From Marsupella aquatica (Eukaryota > Plantae > Marchantiophyta): DNA of 64,000 bases. Below the pieces are notes generated by a model. That model saw nothing but the letters and a program-made list of their open reading frames with translations. It was not told the origin of the DNA and ran no database searches. The stretch lies in contig OZ316893.1 of the NCBI GenBank assembly GCA_973895155.1, positions 19,348,857 through 19,412,856 on the forward strand, written 5' to 3'. Positions within the stretch are counted from its first letter, which is position 1, and every line of letters begins with the position of its first letter. This document shows positions 1 through 13,119 of this stretch, in pieces. The translations under genes and the position numbers were made by a program.

Positions 1-3000
1 CCGAGAGTTGTTACAGACGCCCTTCCCAGACGAGACGAGAGGGAGAAGAGATTATCTTCGTCCAATCCTGCTGGCTACCGCTCCAGCAGTGCAACCCGAG
101 CTACCAGGGAGGAACCACCTGTTTGCAGAAGCTCGTGCAGGGAGTTCGGCGAGGAGAAAATTTTGTACAGGAGGTCCCTCAGAGCCGGGAGTAGTGAGCG
201 TAAAGTAGTAGCGGGTCGTAGAGATGAAAAATCAGCTGAGTACTCCACCAGGTACAGCACCATTTACCCCAGCATTGCATCGTCCTCTGGGCTGGGGAAG
301 GGAGCTAGAGACTCTCCATCAATTGATAGGACAGCCCTCAAGTCCGGTATTTCACAACGTTTGGAGCGGCTAGGAGGGGATGCGGACCTGAACAGTCATC
401 TTGTCAAGGCTTCTCCCCTTTCTCCTGCTCTGTTGAGGAAGTCACCTCGTTCAGCGACAGCTGCTGTTGCTATTTCTGAGGCGTTGAATGTGAATCCCAC
501 CAAATCTGCTGCCACCTCGCCGGTGATCAGTCTTCCGGTCAAATCTAGCTGTAAGTGTGGCGCATTTCGCACTAGCTCGGACAATTCACCAGGATTAGTG
601 GGACTGACAGTGGATGACAGGCGCCGAGGTCAATCACCTTTAGGCAATGGGGAGTCGAGAGAGCGAAGGTCCTCTCGGGAGGTGGTGGAAGGGAATCAAC
701 AAGGGACTCCTTCCCTTCGAACCGGTAGCAGTGGCAGTAAAAGCACTACTCCCACCTTTCTCCAGGGAAGGCTTGCTCATCTGGAAGGGAGAGTGACCCA
801 GATAGCTGCTGAGCTGAAAGCAACCAAGGACCTCCTGGATGCTAATAATCCTGCGTGCTCCAAGGCCGTGTTGACAGACATTCAACTGAAGATCTCCGGC
901 ATTGAGAAAGCCATCAATTACAGGCTTGCGAGAGAATGTGGTCTGATGGACCAATTCGAGGCAGAGCAGCTCAAAGGAGCGTATATTCAGGCAAACGATG
1001 CTGTTCCTTGTATACAATTATTGCCTTCCGAAGCCCAGCGAAGGACTACAGGAGCAAAGGTGATTAAACCTCTGACCAGCAGCAGCAGTGAGATTGTTCC
1101 CCATGGACAGGGAATGTTCGGCAAGGCGTATAAGGCTGAGCAGAAATCCAGAGCCCTGACGAGGAGCAGCGGTCCAGCAGCTCATGATCGGAGTAGATCA
1201 ATGACCCCTTCACAACATTTCGCAAACATGGCGTCGTTAGATCATGCTCCCACCAGGACGTCCAGGGACCGTCAACTTCCTCTTTCCCAGTATCTAGATC
1301 AAAGCCTCTATGCAGCACAAGAAGTGGGAGGCTCTGCCCCATCCAGTCAAGTCAAGCCGGTTTCCGATTATGATGATTTTGAGGAAAGGCTGTTCCCTCA
1401 CCAGAAACTTCTCCGGAGCAGGCCTGCTGTTCACCAGAAGCTCATGGACAACAGGGCTGCATTGCACCAAAAGCTGATGGAGAACAGCGTCCTTCTGAGG
1501 AATAAGTTGGCTGCTCTGGAGGAGCGAGATGGGGTGAATTGTGGAGGAGCTTTCGATGATTCAGATGGGGCAGCGGAGTTCATCACCTCCTTGAAACAGC
1601 AGCATTCTTACATCGGGTCGAAACTGGAGAGAGATTTCGAAAGAGGCAAGCCATTCAAGGGCGATTCTCGTTCATCCAGAAGGTCCCCCTTGCAGCATAT
1701 CTCTTCCGTGGGATTGATCGATGTGGGAGACTCGATTCCTCACTCGGGCTCCAATGGGATTTTTGAATATGATGGAGAAATTGTTCCCAACGTCCTCACC
1801 AGGGAGAGGAGAACCTCCAGGGAAGGCAGAAGGTCATCAGGATCCAGAAAAAGCTTCTCAGGGACGTCAGCGGAACTGAAGGGTGAGCTACCCTTTCACC
1901 CCTTGGAGAAGGTTTTAGCCTCGGGCGGCAGGCACGAACGCAGAAGGAGAAGTTCCGAAAAGAGGAAAAGTATCTCCACCTCCCCTGAGCTCATTCAGTC
2001 CACCAGCCAAATAGTCATGCTCGAACCAGCAGGCAAATCTGCCTCATGTTCTCCACAGGAGGTCGCTCTTACCGTCGCTGCGGCACCAAAAGAGATCGTC
2101 GAGGTCGAATTGGAATGCACAGAGACGTTTGCAGATGAAAATCTCACTGTTGAGGACGGACATGGCAAAGAATTTTGGATGCCTGAACCTCAGAAGATTA
2201 ACGGGATAACGAAGATTGTCCCACTTCCGTCACAGTTCTCCAAAGAATCCGCCGCTACTATCAACCTTGGTTGTGAAGAGACCCTTTCATCAGATGACAC
2301 CACCGACGATATCCCTGACTACCCTCTCAATCCGAACCTCGATGCTGAGGATCAACCCTATCTTGGAGAATGCGAAGACAATGATCTCCCTGGTGAGAGG
2401 CTTCACCAAATTGGAGATAAGGTTGCCATGGCTGGATGGTTTATCTCCGAAGGCGAGGGAATTCTTCTCGCCCACGACGACGGCTATTGCTCCTTTTATG
2501 ATGTTGCCAATAGGGAGGTGTGTAAGCATTTAACCTCGAATTGCTGGCCATTAGAATCCCTCTTCTGTCTGGCTTCTCTTCAGTCTTAAGTTGTACCTTC
2601 CGCAGTTTTGGTGGAAGCTGACACTTTTGGGGAAAATCAGGACTGAGATGCTGCGCATAGTCGTATCTTGGGTGTCTGTCATGTGGTGTGTTTTGGGGAG
2701 TTTCAGAAAAGTCGTTCGAATTTTGCTGGCACAACTGTTCTGCATGAGAGTTTGACACCAGTCTATTTGGGATTATTAGCGGTCAAAATGTCGAAACTTC
2801 AAGTAATATCTGGAGTATTAGAAGCCTACGACAGTTATTATTTGATTTATTTTTACTTTCTCAATTCCTCTGCAAGTATTGTGTCAGTAAAAATCATTTC
2901 TTTTTCGTGCTTTGCAGGGTAAAGCCACCTTCAAGGGTCCTCCTAATGTCCTCTACAGACCGTGGGGTGACTGCTGGTTTGTAAGAGCTGCTGGTCCCGA

Positions 3001-4327
3001 TGGCACCATCAACAAATACGTCGTGGCCGCGACGGTTGGCAGTGGAGTGGATTCAGCGTTCTGCTCGTGGGATTTTTATGACAGAAAAATTACAGCATTT
3101 CGCTCCGAGTCATCTCTCGTGGCATCCCCAAGCCCCATCAGCTTCAAAAGTGCAGGTTCCAGTAGTCCAGAGCGTCGCCATTTCGCATCTAGGGACGGAA
3201 CGAAATCAAACTGCTTCTCCTGGTATAGTGGTTCAGACAACGCTCAGCTCCTGAAGGGTAGAACTCCTAATAGACCTCTGTCTCTAGACTTGGCATCAGG
3301 GGGCTCTTGCCCATCAGACGCCGAGAACCTGGACATTCCCAGGTGGTGGTACAGACCCTGTAGTCCTCTGCTCGCATCTGCTGCTAGTGGATTGAAGACC
3401 GTCACCCTCTATGACGTGCGGGATGGCGACGTGGTAATGACTTGGGACTTGTTTAAGTGCGTAGCATCTATGGAGTTCAGTTGCCCCATTCAATGGCGAA
3501 ACAGGGGTAAGATAGTGGTGGCCGAAGACGAGGCCATTAGCCTTTGGGATGTCAACAGCATGACACCGCAACGGTTGCACAATGTCGATCTCAGTGGAAA
3601 GGAGCTTCGAGCATTATATGTGGGCAACTCTGATGCTGACTTCAGTTTAGGCATTCGGCAAAGGTGACTATACATTCTCTCTCTTTATGACCAAGATTGC
3701 ATCCAATAATATACTTGTACTTCTATTTTTGTTTAGCTCTCACCGACCACATGACTGTTCTGACTGGCACATGACTCCGTCTCACTCGGATTTGAACTGT
3801 GTAATTTTTCCAGAGCCAGCTCGCGTGACAGTGTGAGCGGAGACGGGATTCTATGTACCCAAGACGCAGTAAATGTGCTGGATTTCAGGGTTCCTTCCGG
3901 CATTGTCCTTAAAATTCCAACTTTTGGTGAAACTGCAAACTCGTTGTACGCTAATGGTGACTCCGTCTTTGCTGGAGTTACCGACTTCAATCGAGTAGCC
4001 GGGAGTATCCAATCCAAAGTGAATGAATGGTCCATCAAGCAGGGTCGGCCAATGAGCATGTACAAGCTCCCAGAATCTACTGCCCATCGCACGCTACAGT
4101 CAGTGTGTCAAGTTTGGGGGAATTCAGACACAGTGGCTGCGGTAAATGGCAATGGTTTATTTATGTTTGACTCGTTAAACGGAGCTCCTCCCAGACGGGA
4201 TGGAGCTCAATCTGCAAAGGAAGTGTTAGGGACCGATGACCTGGTCCGACCATCGTTTGACTGTTCAGAAAACAGAGTATTGCTTATCTCCCAAGACAGA
4301 CCAGCTTCCTGGTGTAACTGGCCTTGA
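1..4327 (+). CDS. KIN14B-interacting protein At4g14310-like (coiled-coil plus C-terminal WD40-like region); 5'-partial; exons 1-2517, 2918-3663, 3814-4327
   Basis: Frame 1 is open from base 1. GT-AG introns 2518-2917 (phase 0) and 3664-3813 (phase 2) join the three ORFs in frame. Motifs GWFISEGEGILLAHDDGYCSFYD, WWYRPCSPLLAS, DGILCTQDAVNVLDFRVPSGI and PSFDCSENRVLLISQDRPASW match this plant family as I recall it. Confidence 0.85.
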
Positions 4328-6986
4328 CCTATGGAATCAACACAAGAAAGTTTTGGCAACTTCGCATATCTCGAATGTGATAATTGCAGAGAGTATGACT
4401 TTCCTACCAAGATTCGAGGCAACTGAAGTCCTGGGCTGCCAGCGATTGCCTCGACAGATGTCTGAGGTCCGATGTCAAGGACTTTCCTTTTCTGGGCATT
4501 GGTGAGCTTCAGTTTTCCTACCATGCAGTGGCTGTGCGACCTGTACAAAACTCCTGGGACTGCCATTCTGTCTCATGGCGATAATACGATGGGCCTCATG
4601 TCAGGGACCGTTCCAATACTGAGCCTGTATTTAAACCTAAATATGTTAAGCATTTGTGTATCCCTGTACTGCAAGCTGCCATACCTGAATCCTCAATAAT
4701 TACCCAATTCGTTCTGGACCACGTATACCCATCGTATCAATCGTGTGATAGGTGTACAGCTGTACCCGTGCGCGCAGTCCTTCGATACCCGTCATGGACC
4801 AACTCAAGATGCTCTGACCACCTGAAACGCACCCGAAGGAGATCTCGGACTTGATACTCTTTAAAAATAAGAGATGTAAGCTCTTTATGTTGTAAAGGAA
4901 ATCAGGAATAGAGAAGCAGCACCTCTTGAGGTGGCCTGTATCACATTGATTAAATCCCAAACTACTGTCTTTGCAAAGACATTCCATTTCAAAGGCATTT
5001 ACTACCTCACTATACAGCTCTCATTCTGACTAAGATCAATAGTCCATTGAGCTTTTGAAAGTCAAACTTGGTGCCTCATCCTCTCTTGGATATGTTGGTC
5101 GTTTCCTTCTGATCAGTCTTAACGGTGTGATAGGACAACCAGCGCCAGGCTCATAACTTTGCAGGTGTCTACCTTGTCCCGTGTACCTTCATTGTCTAGC
5201 GAGTGGTTAAGATTTCACTTCGAAATTCATATCACAATCACAAACATATCCTTGTTGTCTTCCGAGTGTTTACGGCCAGGCATATCGGGAAATTTGACGA
5301 GACACTGTAGAAATGTGTAAGTTGTTCAACAATTATAGGGTGGTTCTTATATTACTAAGTAGCAAGCTTCAACTGTACGATAAGTTTGCATGTTTCAATT
5401 CTGATTTCAACTGGTGCGATTAGTCGTACCTAAACGTTCGATGCAAGGTTTTACTTTCGATAGTAAAAGTACGCTTGGTGGACAAATAATTGAATGTTGT
5501 ATTGTTGGGCTGAACCAACCCATCTCCCCCACCCAAGGAGTGTTGAGTGGCCGTGAAACTTTTAACTTTTCGTTGAGTTTCTCCGGAACCACATATTTAT
5601 TCGAGCTCAAGACACGTCAATGAGCAACCAAAAACGACATTTTCACGTTCAATATCTGAATGTGTTCCGTTTGTTACAACTTGATCACACTCTCATGACA
5701 TCCAGCTGCAAATTGGTTCCGAAGGGACTATGACCCTCCAGCCAACCGTCCGCAAAACTCGCTGCTCAAGAAGCATTACTGGAAAAAATCTGTGCAGTAC
5801 TCACAAGAACTCTACAACCGGTTTTTATACTTCCACTCCAAGATTCGCATTTCCTTCACAGCCGACCGGCGCCAAGACTTGTGAAAGCCACGTGGTGGCG
5901 TCATGGCGAAAGACGATGACACGCTTTTCCAGAGCGGCCTAAGGAACCTATAGGCAGATGCGAGTTACTTTGAGATGTATAGGATCAAGCAGAAACAATA
6001 CGTAAAACATTCTACCCAACATGAATTTCACGAAAGGTGAGACGCGGCGGATGTCGGACAGTCTAGCCATGGTGCAAGTGATGCATGCAAGGCCCACAAG
6101 TGCACTGTATTCAATGATTCTGCTACGACTAATCTATCCGGCTACCGGAGGAACAGAGGAGTGACAAAAACATGGAATCCAAGCCCGGTGAACAATTTCC
6201 AGATTTCTATCACCTTCTCTATTCAAAAGACCACCAGATGTCCTAGTGCAGGAAAATCGTAGAGCTCCGATCTCTGACTACTTTTCTTTCAGAACTGCCA
6301 TGCCATGTAGTAGTCTGTCCCAAGTGTCCAACAGGAACTCGTGAGAACATGGAAGTCAATCAATTCGGACCCGAAAATGGCCCACCTATCCCAGAGGAAT
6401 CTTACCTACATCCTACGTAGGAAGAGCGCTGTGAATAAAAAGCCAGGCAATACCGCAGATTTTGCTTTCTGAACGAACTAACATCACTAGACTACCACCA
6501 TTCACCCACAGACAGAATTGTCCTTGGACAGAGCTTCCCACATTCTAACCATGGCAGAGCTAATATCATTCTATTGTAGTTTCGACCATTGCACGGCATC
6601 GGTCGATCAGATCGGTGAGAGACCACACCTTCAGAACACCTAAACGACCCAGGTTTCGGGAAAACTTAGTGACTACTCTCTTGTGCTGGTTTGGCTCAAT
6701 ATGAAGCCTATAGCGCTTGGGTACGGGAAAATATTCAAGCGAAAAAAAACGAGAGCAGGCTTCGTCATGAAATGAAGGTATTTTGCAGCTTCTCATCACA
6801 CGAGGATTCGGTTCGAGGGACCTGCATCGAGAAGCAGGACAAATCTTAGCATCGTAATGACCTCAAATTGGACGCACGTAAGTAAAGCTACTGATACTGA
6901 AGAGAGAGCCATATCCTAATAAACTGAGGGGAATGTGAGACGCAGGCAGACCTGCAAATTGCATGAAAGCCGTATATTTGATGAAC

Positions 6987-8447
6987 CTAAACTTCCGCGA
7001 AAGGATTCAGACCAGGCTGAAGAGCGGAAAGTGTCCAGTAGTACTGCTCAGGCTCTCGAATATAAAAGAATCCATTCCACAAAGGCAACCGGGACTTGGG
7101 CATCTCCCAAGCCGAGGTATGGTAAGTCCACTCTTGTTCGCGGACGTCGTACATCATCATGGGAGTTTTGCGGACGTACTTCCCTCCAAAATAGATGGTA
7201 TCTCCGTAAGCAAGGACTTGATCAATGGTCACACCAACTAGTTTCTCTCGAGGACATTTGGACACCTCCTTGATCTGTCCAGTGGATAAATCCAGCTTGA
7301 ATATAAGGAAACTGTGGGCTCGGACGAACACATCCCTGTAAATCACGGGTTCTGACGGAACCTGACCCGATCCACTCTGGTCCAGGACCCTCGCCACCAG
7401 TATCAACTCCGAGCCACAAAGGAGGACATGATACTTGACAAGCTGCCGTGGCTGGACGGGTATGGGAGGCCTCTCGGTGTTCCAGGTGCCCTTCTCCACA
7501 TTGTGAGTTACAAGCAATGGGGGCCCAACCGGGGACGTGCTTCCAGTGGCTATGTAGAAAACACCATCGAGATAAACGAAGTTATAGAGGCTCGTTCTCA
7601 GCTTTGGCAGGAGTGTCTTCGAGGTCATCTCGGTCCAAGAATTGGTGGAAGAGTAGTAAATTTGTGTGACTACGGTGCTGGTCACGCAGGAGCCTTCGGT
7701 GTTTTCCAGCTGTGTGAGTAAGATGAGTTTGTAGCCAGTGGATCCCACAGCAATAAGGTGCATAATGTTCGGTCGTTGCATGGTGGGACGAGGAGGCAGT
7801 CTCTTCCAGTTTCTGGTGACCACATTCGCAACATAAATCTCGTTGTCTAAGGGCTTGTAGCTCCAGGGTTCCTCGCCAAAATTTGTGTCGACAGTGCTAA
7901 GAAAATTCACACTCGCAAAACAGACTAGAGCTCCCGCACAGCTGGTGATGGTGGTGGTGTCGATGCCTTCAGGAAGGAAGCAATCAACCATATTCAGATC
8001 GAAGATCTTCTCCCAAGCCTTGCTCTCGCTGCTGTAACCCACCAGCCCATCCTGGAACAAATAAACTGGGCAGTAGGTTGGCCACTTTGATGAGACTGAA
8101 GCGATAGCCTTCTCGAAGAAATGCGAGGTATGCTGCTGCTGCTGCGTCTTCGGAGTCGGTCCTCCCCGACCATTCCACCTCCAAGCGCGGGACAAAATCC
8201 GGCTCTGAAAGAGCGATTTGATGGGCAGCCTTGCAAGCGCTTCCTCCACTAACGCTTGTGGCAAAGAACCCCACAACTTCCCATCCATGTCACACTTGCA
8301 ATCATCCTCTTGCAGCCTCCACACCTTCTTCAAGATAGAGTCAGCATACACATTTGGTGGGTAAAATGTTTCCAGTGCCAGTGCTCGATTCTGCCTCAGG
8401 AATCCATCCATTGCTGTAGACGATTCGGATGATAGTAACAGCCTCAT
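6987..8447 (-). CDS. F-box protein with C-terminal kelch-like/beta-propeller region, single coding exon
   Basis: Long uninterrupted ORF with first ATG at 8447. F-box motif LWGSLPQALVEEALARLPIKSLFQSRILSRAWR is followed by typical segments (YVANVVTRNWKRLPP, QIYYSSTNSW, MYDVREQEW). Confidence 0.85.
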   Translation of the reverse strand: MRLLLSSESSTAMDGFLRQNRALALETFYPPNVYADSILKKVWRLQEDDCKCDMDGKLWGSLPQALVEEALARLPIKSLFQSRILSRAWRWNGRGGPTPKTQQQQHTSHFFEKAIASVSSKWPTYCPVYLFQDGLVGYSSESKAWEKIFDLNMVDCFLPEGIDTTTITSCAGALVCFASVNFLSTVDTNFGEEPWSYKPLDNEIYVANVVTRNWKRLPPRPTMQRPNIMHLIAVGSTGYKLILLTQLENTEGSCVTSTVVTQIYYSSTNSWTEMTSKTLLPKLRTSLYNFVYLDGVFYIATGSTSPVGPPLLVTHNVEKGTWNTERPPIPVQPRQLVKYHVLLCGSELILVARVLDQSGSGQVPSEPVIYRDVFVRAHSFLIFKLDLSTGQIKEVSKCPREKLVGVTIDQVLAYGDTIYFGGKYVRKTPMMMYDVREQEWTYHTSAWEMPKSRLPLWNGFFYIREPEQYYWTLSALQPGLNPFAEV

Positions 8448-10985
8448 GATCCAGTCCAGTTCAGGAATTGAGCTTCTATGATTGATTGCTCCTCCCAAGG
8501 TGGTTCAGCCAAATGGAATTCTCAGAGCTGAAGTCGTTGTGCACAACCACCACCTGCCTGGGAGAAGAAATTAGTTAATACGGGGCAGACTTCCAGCTTC
8601 AACGAAGTCTCCATCCAAGCGAATGCAAGTTCCATGCGGCCATCCTCCTCGCAGATACTTCGGGACAGAGAACTCTATCTGACGGTAAAAACGAACAATC
8701 TACAATGAAGTATTAATATTTAGCAGAGAACCTGCAGACGCCAATCTACCATGCTTGTCTCTCATGTATCCCCCTCGATCTGTCCTGTAAAACGACTCTT
8801 GTGATCCTCTTAACTTACGAACTGTAACGGCAGGTTAACAGCAACTATGATCGGGGCATTCCTAAATTGTGGGATGCCCCGAGCCGACTCTGAAAATGAC
8901 CCATCAAACACACTCGAAAGGTGGCACAGAAGCCATGTGAACGCAGAAGACAAGTTTCTAAACTCGTCCATTCTAAAGACTCTAATCACATCATTTATCC
9001 CTTGACCCCACAACAAGGTGAAGGGCAGTGGAGACCAAATGGGCCATGAGGTAAATGGCAGAGAATGCAGCATAAGAGCCAATGAATTAGTTACGCACCG
9101 GTGAGCAATCACAAGCTAGCAGATTGTAGCTGTGGGATCGAGGAGAGGGCGTGCTCTCGTCGTCTGGTCTGGCAGGAGTGAAAGTAAGAAGCAGAAGCAG
9201 TAGGATGAAGGAAGATTTTCGCTTTGCTATTGGTCTTCCCCATCAAGAAGCGTCTGTATCAGGACAACTTCCTATGACGCCCACCCCCCACCGGCAACGA
9301 TTGTCAGTCTCTGGCGTTGCGCTCATTGGCAGAATCGAGTACACCACCACCACCATCTCCGGATGAGGAAGCGAGCGCGGCATATCTCCTCCTCTTCTTG
9401 ATCTCACGCGTGGAAGGATGTACTCACGTTGATGATGAGCACTGGGTCTCCTTTCCGGATGACAATCCTGATCGGGCTCGATTAATCCCCGAATGTTCAT
9501 TCACGTCCCCTTCCTTGAATATGATCGGTTTACCTCTTGTCTATCTATCTACCGGTCTGTCTATCTGACGGAGTGTCAGTTTCAGAATCCTTCAAGTCCA
9601 CCTCTGAGGTGCACCTTCTCACAAAACAGCTCATAAGCGCAGGCTTGCGAGTCACGCCGCTGGTCTCATTCGGACCGACCTACCGACAACTCTACCACTC
9701 TGTTCTCCTCTTCGCCAGCTCCACCCAACATGCAAGAAAGGACGTATGCGCTTGCAGACTTGGAGATTGAATCTATCACATGGTAGTAGCCTTCTTTACG
9801 AGTACATGACTCAGCTTGATTCGCGGCTCCCTCCTTCCATGTCTATTCCGCTTCATGTCTTTCAGACAAAGCAATCTACACCAATTCCTTGGGAGTTGGG
9901 AGTTGGGAGTTGGGAATGCTATGCTTCGAGGAATGGATAGTTTCTTTCTTTCTCTCTCCCTTTCTTTCAGGAATGGGCAGGTTGGCTGGCCGGCCGGCCG
10001 GCTGCTATTGCATGGGATGGATAAGAAGAAGGAAGTGCCAACGATACTAAGTTTCAAACCAAACCAAAACAGGAAGAGCTGGTTGTTGTTGTTGATCAGG
10101 CTTTCTTCCTCAAGCACGCAGGCACATACGTACGCCAGCAGAAACGAAGACACCACTCGTAAAAGTCGACAGACAATGATGAATGAAACTATGAACGAGA
10201 GTAGGGACTACGTGACGTAGCCAAGGGCGTTCATCAGCGACATAAACAAGTACAGGAGACGAAGAGCACACTCCAACAACGCGCTCGTTCATGGACAGAG
10301 CAAGAAGGAGTCCAACCTAGAGGTGGGTCATTGCAGCATTTGAGGGTGAGGGGATGGTGCTGACCAGGAAACCGTGATAGCCGTGATGAGCTCATTCCCA
10401 CTGGTACAGTGATGTTATGAGCGAGTGAGCACGGACATTGAAGGTGAGCAAGGGCTGGGTAAAAATTATAAACCAATCCACTCCGCAGCACCGGCTTCAG
10501 CGAAGAAAGCGGGAATTCGGGGACCCACCAAACATCTGAAACCCGATTTCGCGTAGGCTCGAAGGTATGGGAGCAACGACACAACAATCATCCTCGGCCC
10601 TTTCGTAGTGAGACAAACTCGCTCGCCCTTCCCTAGTTCCCTCCCTCGCACTGAGGACTCGACGTGCTTCCTTTCCTTCGTTCCTTTCACATTGCTTTCG
10701 CTTGGGGATTGGCATCGCGGACTTTATTGACATTAACTTGCTCGGAGAGGAAACTGCGCCTGCCCTTGCGCTGGCTCGCTGGAACTGTGAGCCATGGCAA
10801 AAACAATAAAATAATGTCGAGAACCCAATCTCCGCAGAACCATGCAGTGAGATACAGAACTCAGTCTTCGAGATTATCGTGTTTGTAGCTCGAATCTTTA
10901 CACCAGTCCTGGCGCAGCACCTGACTATACCGGACCTCGCAGACCTACCGGGTAATTATAACAATAGGGGTCTCAAATAAATAGA

Positions 10986-11652
10986 ACCCCGAGTTAAATC
11001 TACATCACATTAATGTTCCCCCCACTTCCCAGGGGCGCCGTACACCCCGTCCCAGTCCCCGATGTTGCTGCCTGCTCCGGCCCAAGTTTGGCAGAACATA
11101 AACCAATACTCTACAATTTAAATCATGTGCTCCGGCCCGATTAACTTTGCGCCATCGACTTCAGGTTTATGTTTTGGCACCCAAAATGTTTTGTCGGCCG
11201 CTCCGGCCCGATTGACTTTGTGCCATCAACTTTTTGGAAGAAGTGTTGCCAAAACATAAACCACCACTCCATAGAGAATAAATATTTGGCACAACATAAA
11301 CCAAGACTTTATAAATCATGACTCTTAACCAAAGTACTAGGTTTGCCCTGAACACTTAGACTCTGTTGGAAAGAAGTGTTGCCAGAACATAAACCAAGAC
11401 TCCACAAGGAATAAATCGATGACACAATCTTAAGTCGTCAGGCCGGAGCAAGTGAAGGTGCCAAAACATAAACCCAAAGTCAATGACCCAAAGTTTATCG
11501 GGTCGGAGGGCTTGACAAAATGGTAGAGTATTGGTTTATGTTCTGCCAAACTTGGGCCGGAGCGGGCAGCAACATCGGGGACTGGGATGGGCAGTGTACG
11601 GCGCCCCGGGGAAGTGGGGGAGCATTAACGTGATGTAGATTTAACTCGGGGT
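10986..11652. mobile_element. Non-autonomous Mutator-like element (MULE-MITE), 667 bp
   Basis: About 130-bp terminal inverted repeats (ACCCCGAGTTAAATCTACATCAC... / ...GTGATGTAGATTTAACTCGGGGT). Perfect 9-bp direct repeat ATAAATAGA at 10977-10985 and 11653-11661. Internal repeats of CCAGAACATAAACC; no ORF. Confidence 0.85.
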
Positions 11653-12265
11653 ATAAATAGAGCATCTCAAACTTTAGAAGACGAACTTTTAGGTGACGTT
11701 GAGCCGAGAGTACACGTTGCTGGATGCGGACCCAAAATGTGCAGTACACCACGTCGGCAAACCGCACTTTTTGGCCCGGGCTTGTTTGCTAACATTACTT
11801 CTCCAGTTGTTACGACACCTCTCAAAGTTATCCCCCCAACCCCGTGCTTACTCATGCCCAAAAAGTAGGACCTGGCCCTAGTTTCGGCCTTGTTTCTGGA
11901 GGTCAAGAGCCCGGATGGCTCTCGAGAGAAGTAAACTTTGAGACACCCTCATGGACCACTCGGGCAGTCTCATGGCAGTTTCGAGGGATGTCTTGCAAAA
12001 ACATGCTCCACTCCCTGAGCCTATGTCTCACAGCAGTTTTGGACAGCTGCCATGAAAAAATGTCATGGGATTCCAATGTTTCCTGATGGCCGGTTGCCCC
12101 ATCACGGGCTACAGTAGCTGTTCTGGGACTGATAAAACTTAACCTCCAAAAGTTTGCATCAGTTGAATAACCCGTAGGCCACTTAGGGGCACTGGCGGTG
12201 TCCAGCGAAAGAGCACAAAGGGTATAGGATAAAGGGTTTAGGGTGTCTCAAATCTCTTATTTTGT

Positions 12266-12480
12266 CATTGGTCACGGTCAAGGTATGTTTCCCAAAACTA
12301 TAGTGATTTTTCCATCTCTAAATTTAGTCATTGGTCACCAAGATCAAGGTATGTCTCCCAAAACTATAGTGGTGTACATTTTTCCCTCTCAAATCTATAA
12401 ACTTAGTCATTGGTCACCACGGTCAAGGTATGTTTCCCAAAACTATAGTGGTGTACATTTTGCCCAAAACTATAGTAGGG
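12266..12480. repeat. Imperfect tandem repeat (CATTGGTCAC...CAAGGTATGTTTCCCAAAACTATAGTG), about 3-4 units
   Basis: CCCAAAACTATAGT recurs four times between about 12290 and 12476. Confidence 0.75.
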
Positions 12481-12762
12481 TGTCTCAATCTTTGGAGTTG
12501 CGGGAAAAAAATGAGGTCTGGGATTAGCAGTTTAGGTCACGGTTCATCAGTGTGTGGATATGTATTTTTGTGTCCGCCACCTTTTTCCCCGGATTCCATC
12601 TCTGACCGCAACCGAAGCAACAACACGAAATTTGAGACGCCCTAGTGGCGGACACGAGAAAACTTGTCCGCTAGAGCCCAACACAAAAAGGAAACTGGTA
12701 CTTTTGGGCCAGTATTTTCTTTGCGGCCCTACAAGGTTGAGAGCCCTATTTGAGATCGTTAA

Positions 12763-12998
12763 GGATCGTGGGGTGATTCTTACAGTAGCTGGCCTACCAG
12801 ATCTTGCCACATAAGCAGATTTATATTTGGTAATTTTGCACCGTATTTTTGGGTGTATTTGTACACAGGTATAAGATGACAAGGCAGCAGGTGCATGTAC
12901 CCTAACTAATCTCAGCCATTGAAATTGACGGTCAGATATTAGGCACGGGGAGCTTTCGATCTGGTCCATTCGATTGAGTCAATCAATGGCCACAATCC
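12763..12998. mobile_element. Putative 236-bp TTAA-flanked MITE
   Basis: TTAA|GGATCGTGG ... CCACAATCC|TTAA: 9-bp inverted ends with one mismatch, TTAA on both sides. Confidence 0.45.
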
Positions 12999-13105
12999 TT
13001 AACGTATGTTTATGGCTGCCCCCTGCTCCTTAATGGGGTATTTGAGCTTCAGTATGCCTCCCCGCATACGCGGGTCGACATACGGTCACTCTAATATCCC
13101 ATTAA

Positions 13106-13119
13106 ACCGCCACTGTCCA
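13106..13119 (+). repeat. Left TIR of the Kolobok-like element
   Basis: ACCGCCACTGTCCA, preceded by TTAA. Confidence 0.9.

Noticed and set aside
163-2589. 808-aa ORF as a complete gene
   Set aside because: The frame is open from base 1 and the exon ends at the 2517 donor; the last residues are intron read-through.
12570-12655. 11-bp inverted repeat GTGTCCGCCAC/GTGGCGGACAC
   Set aside because: Short, with no TSD; it cannot be assigned to an element.
13102-13119. piggyBac assignment based on TTAA
   Set aside because: The protein has a D-D-E layout with Kolobok-like motifs rather than piggyBac DDD motifs and a C-terminal cysteine-rich domain.
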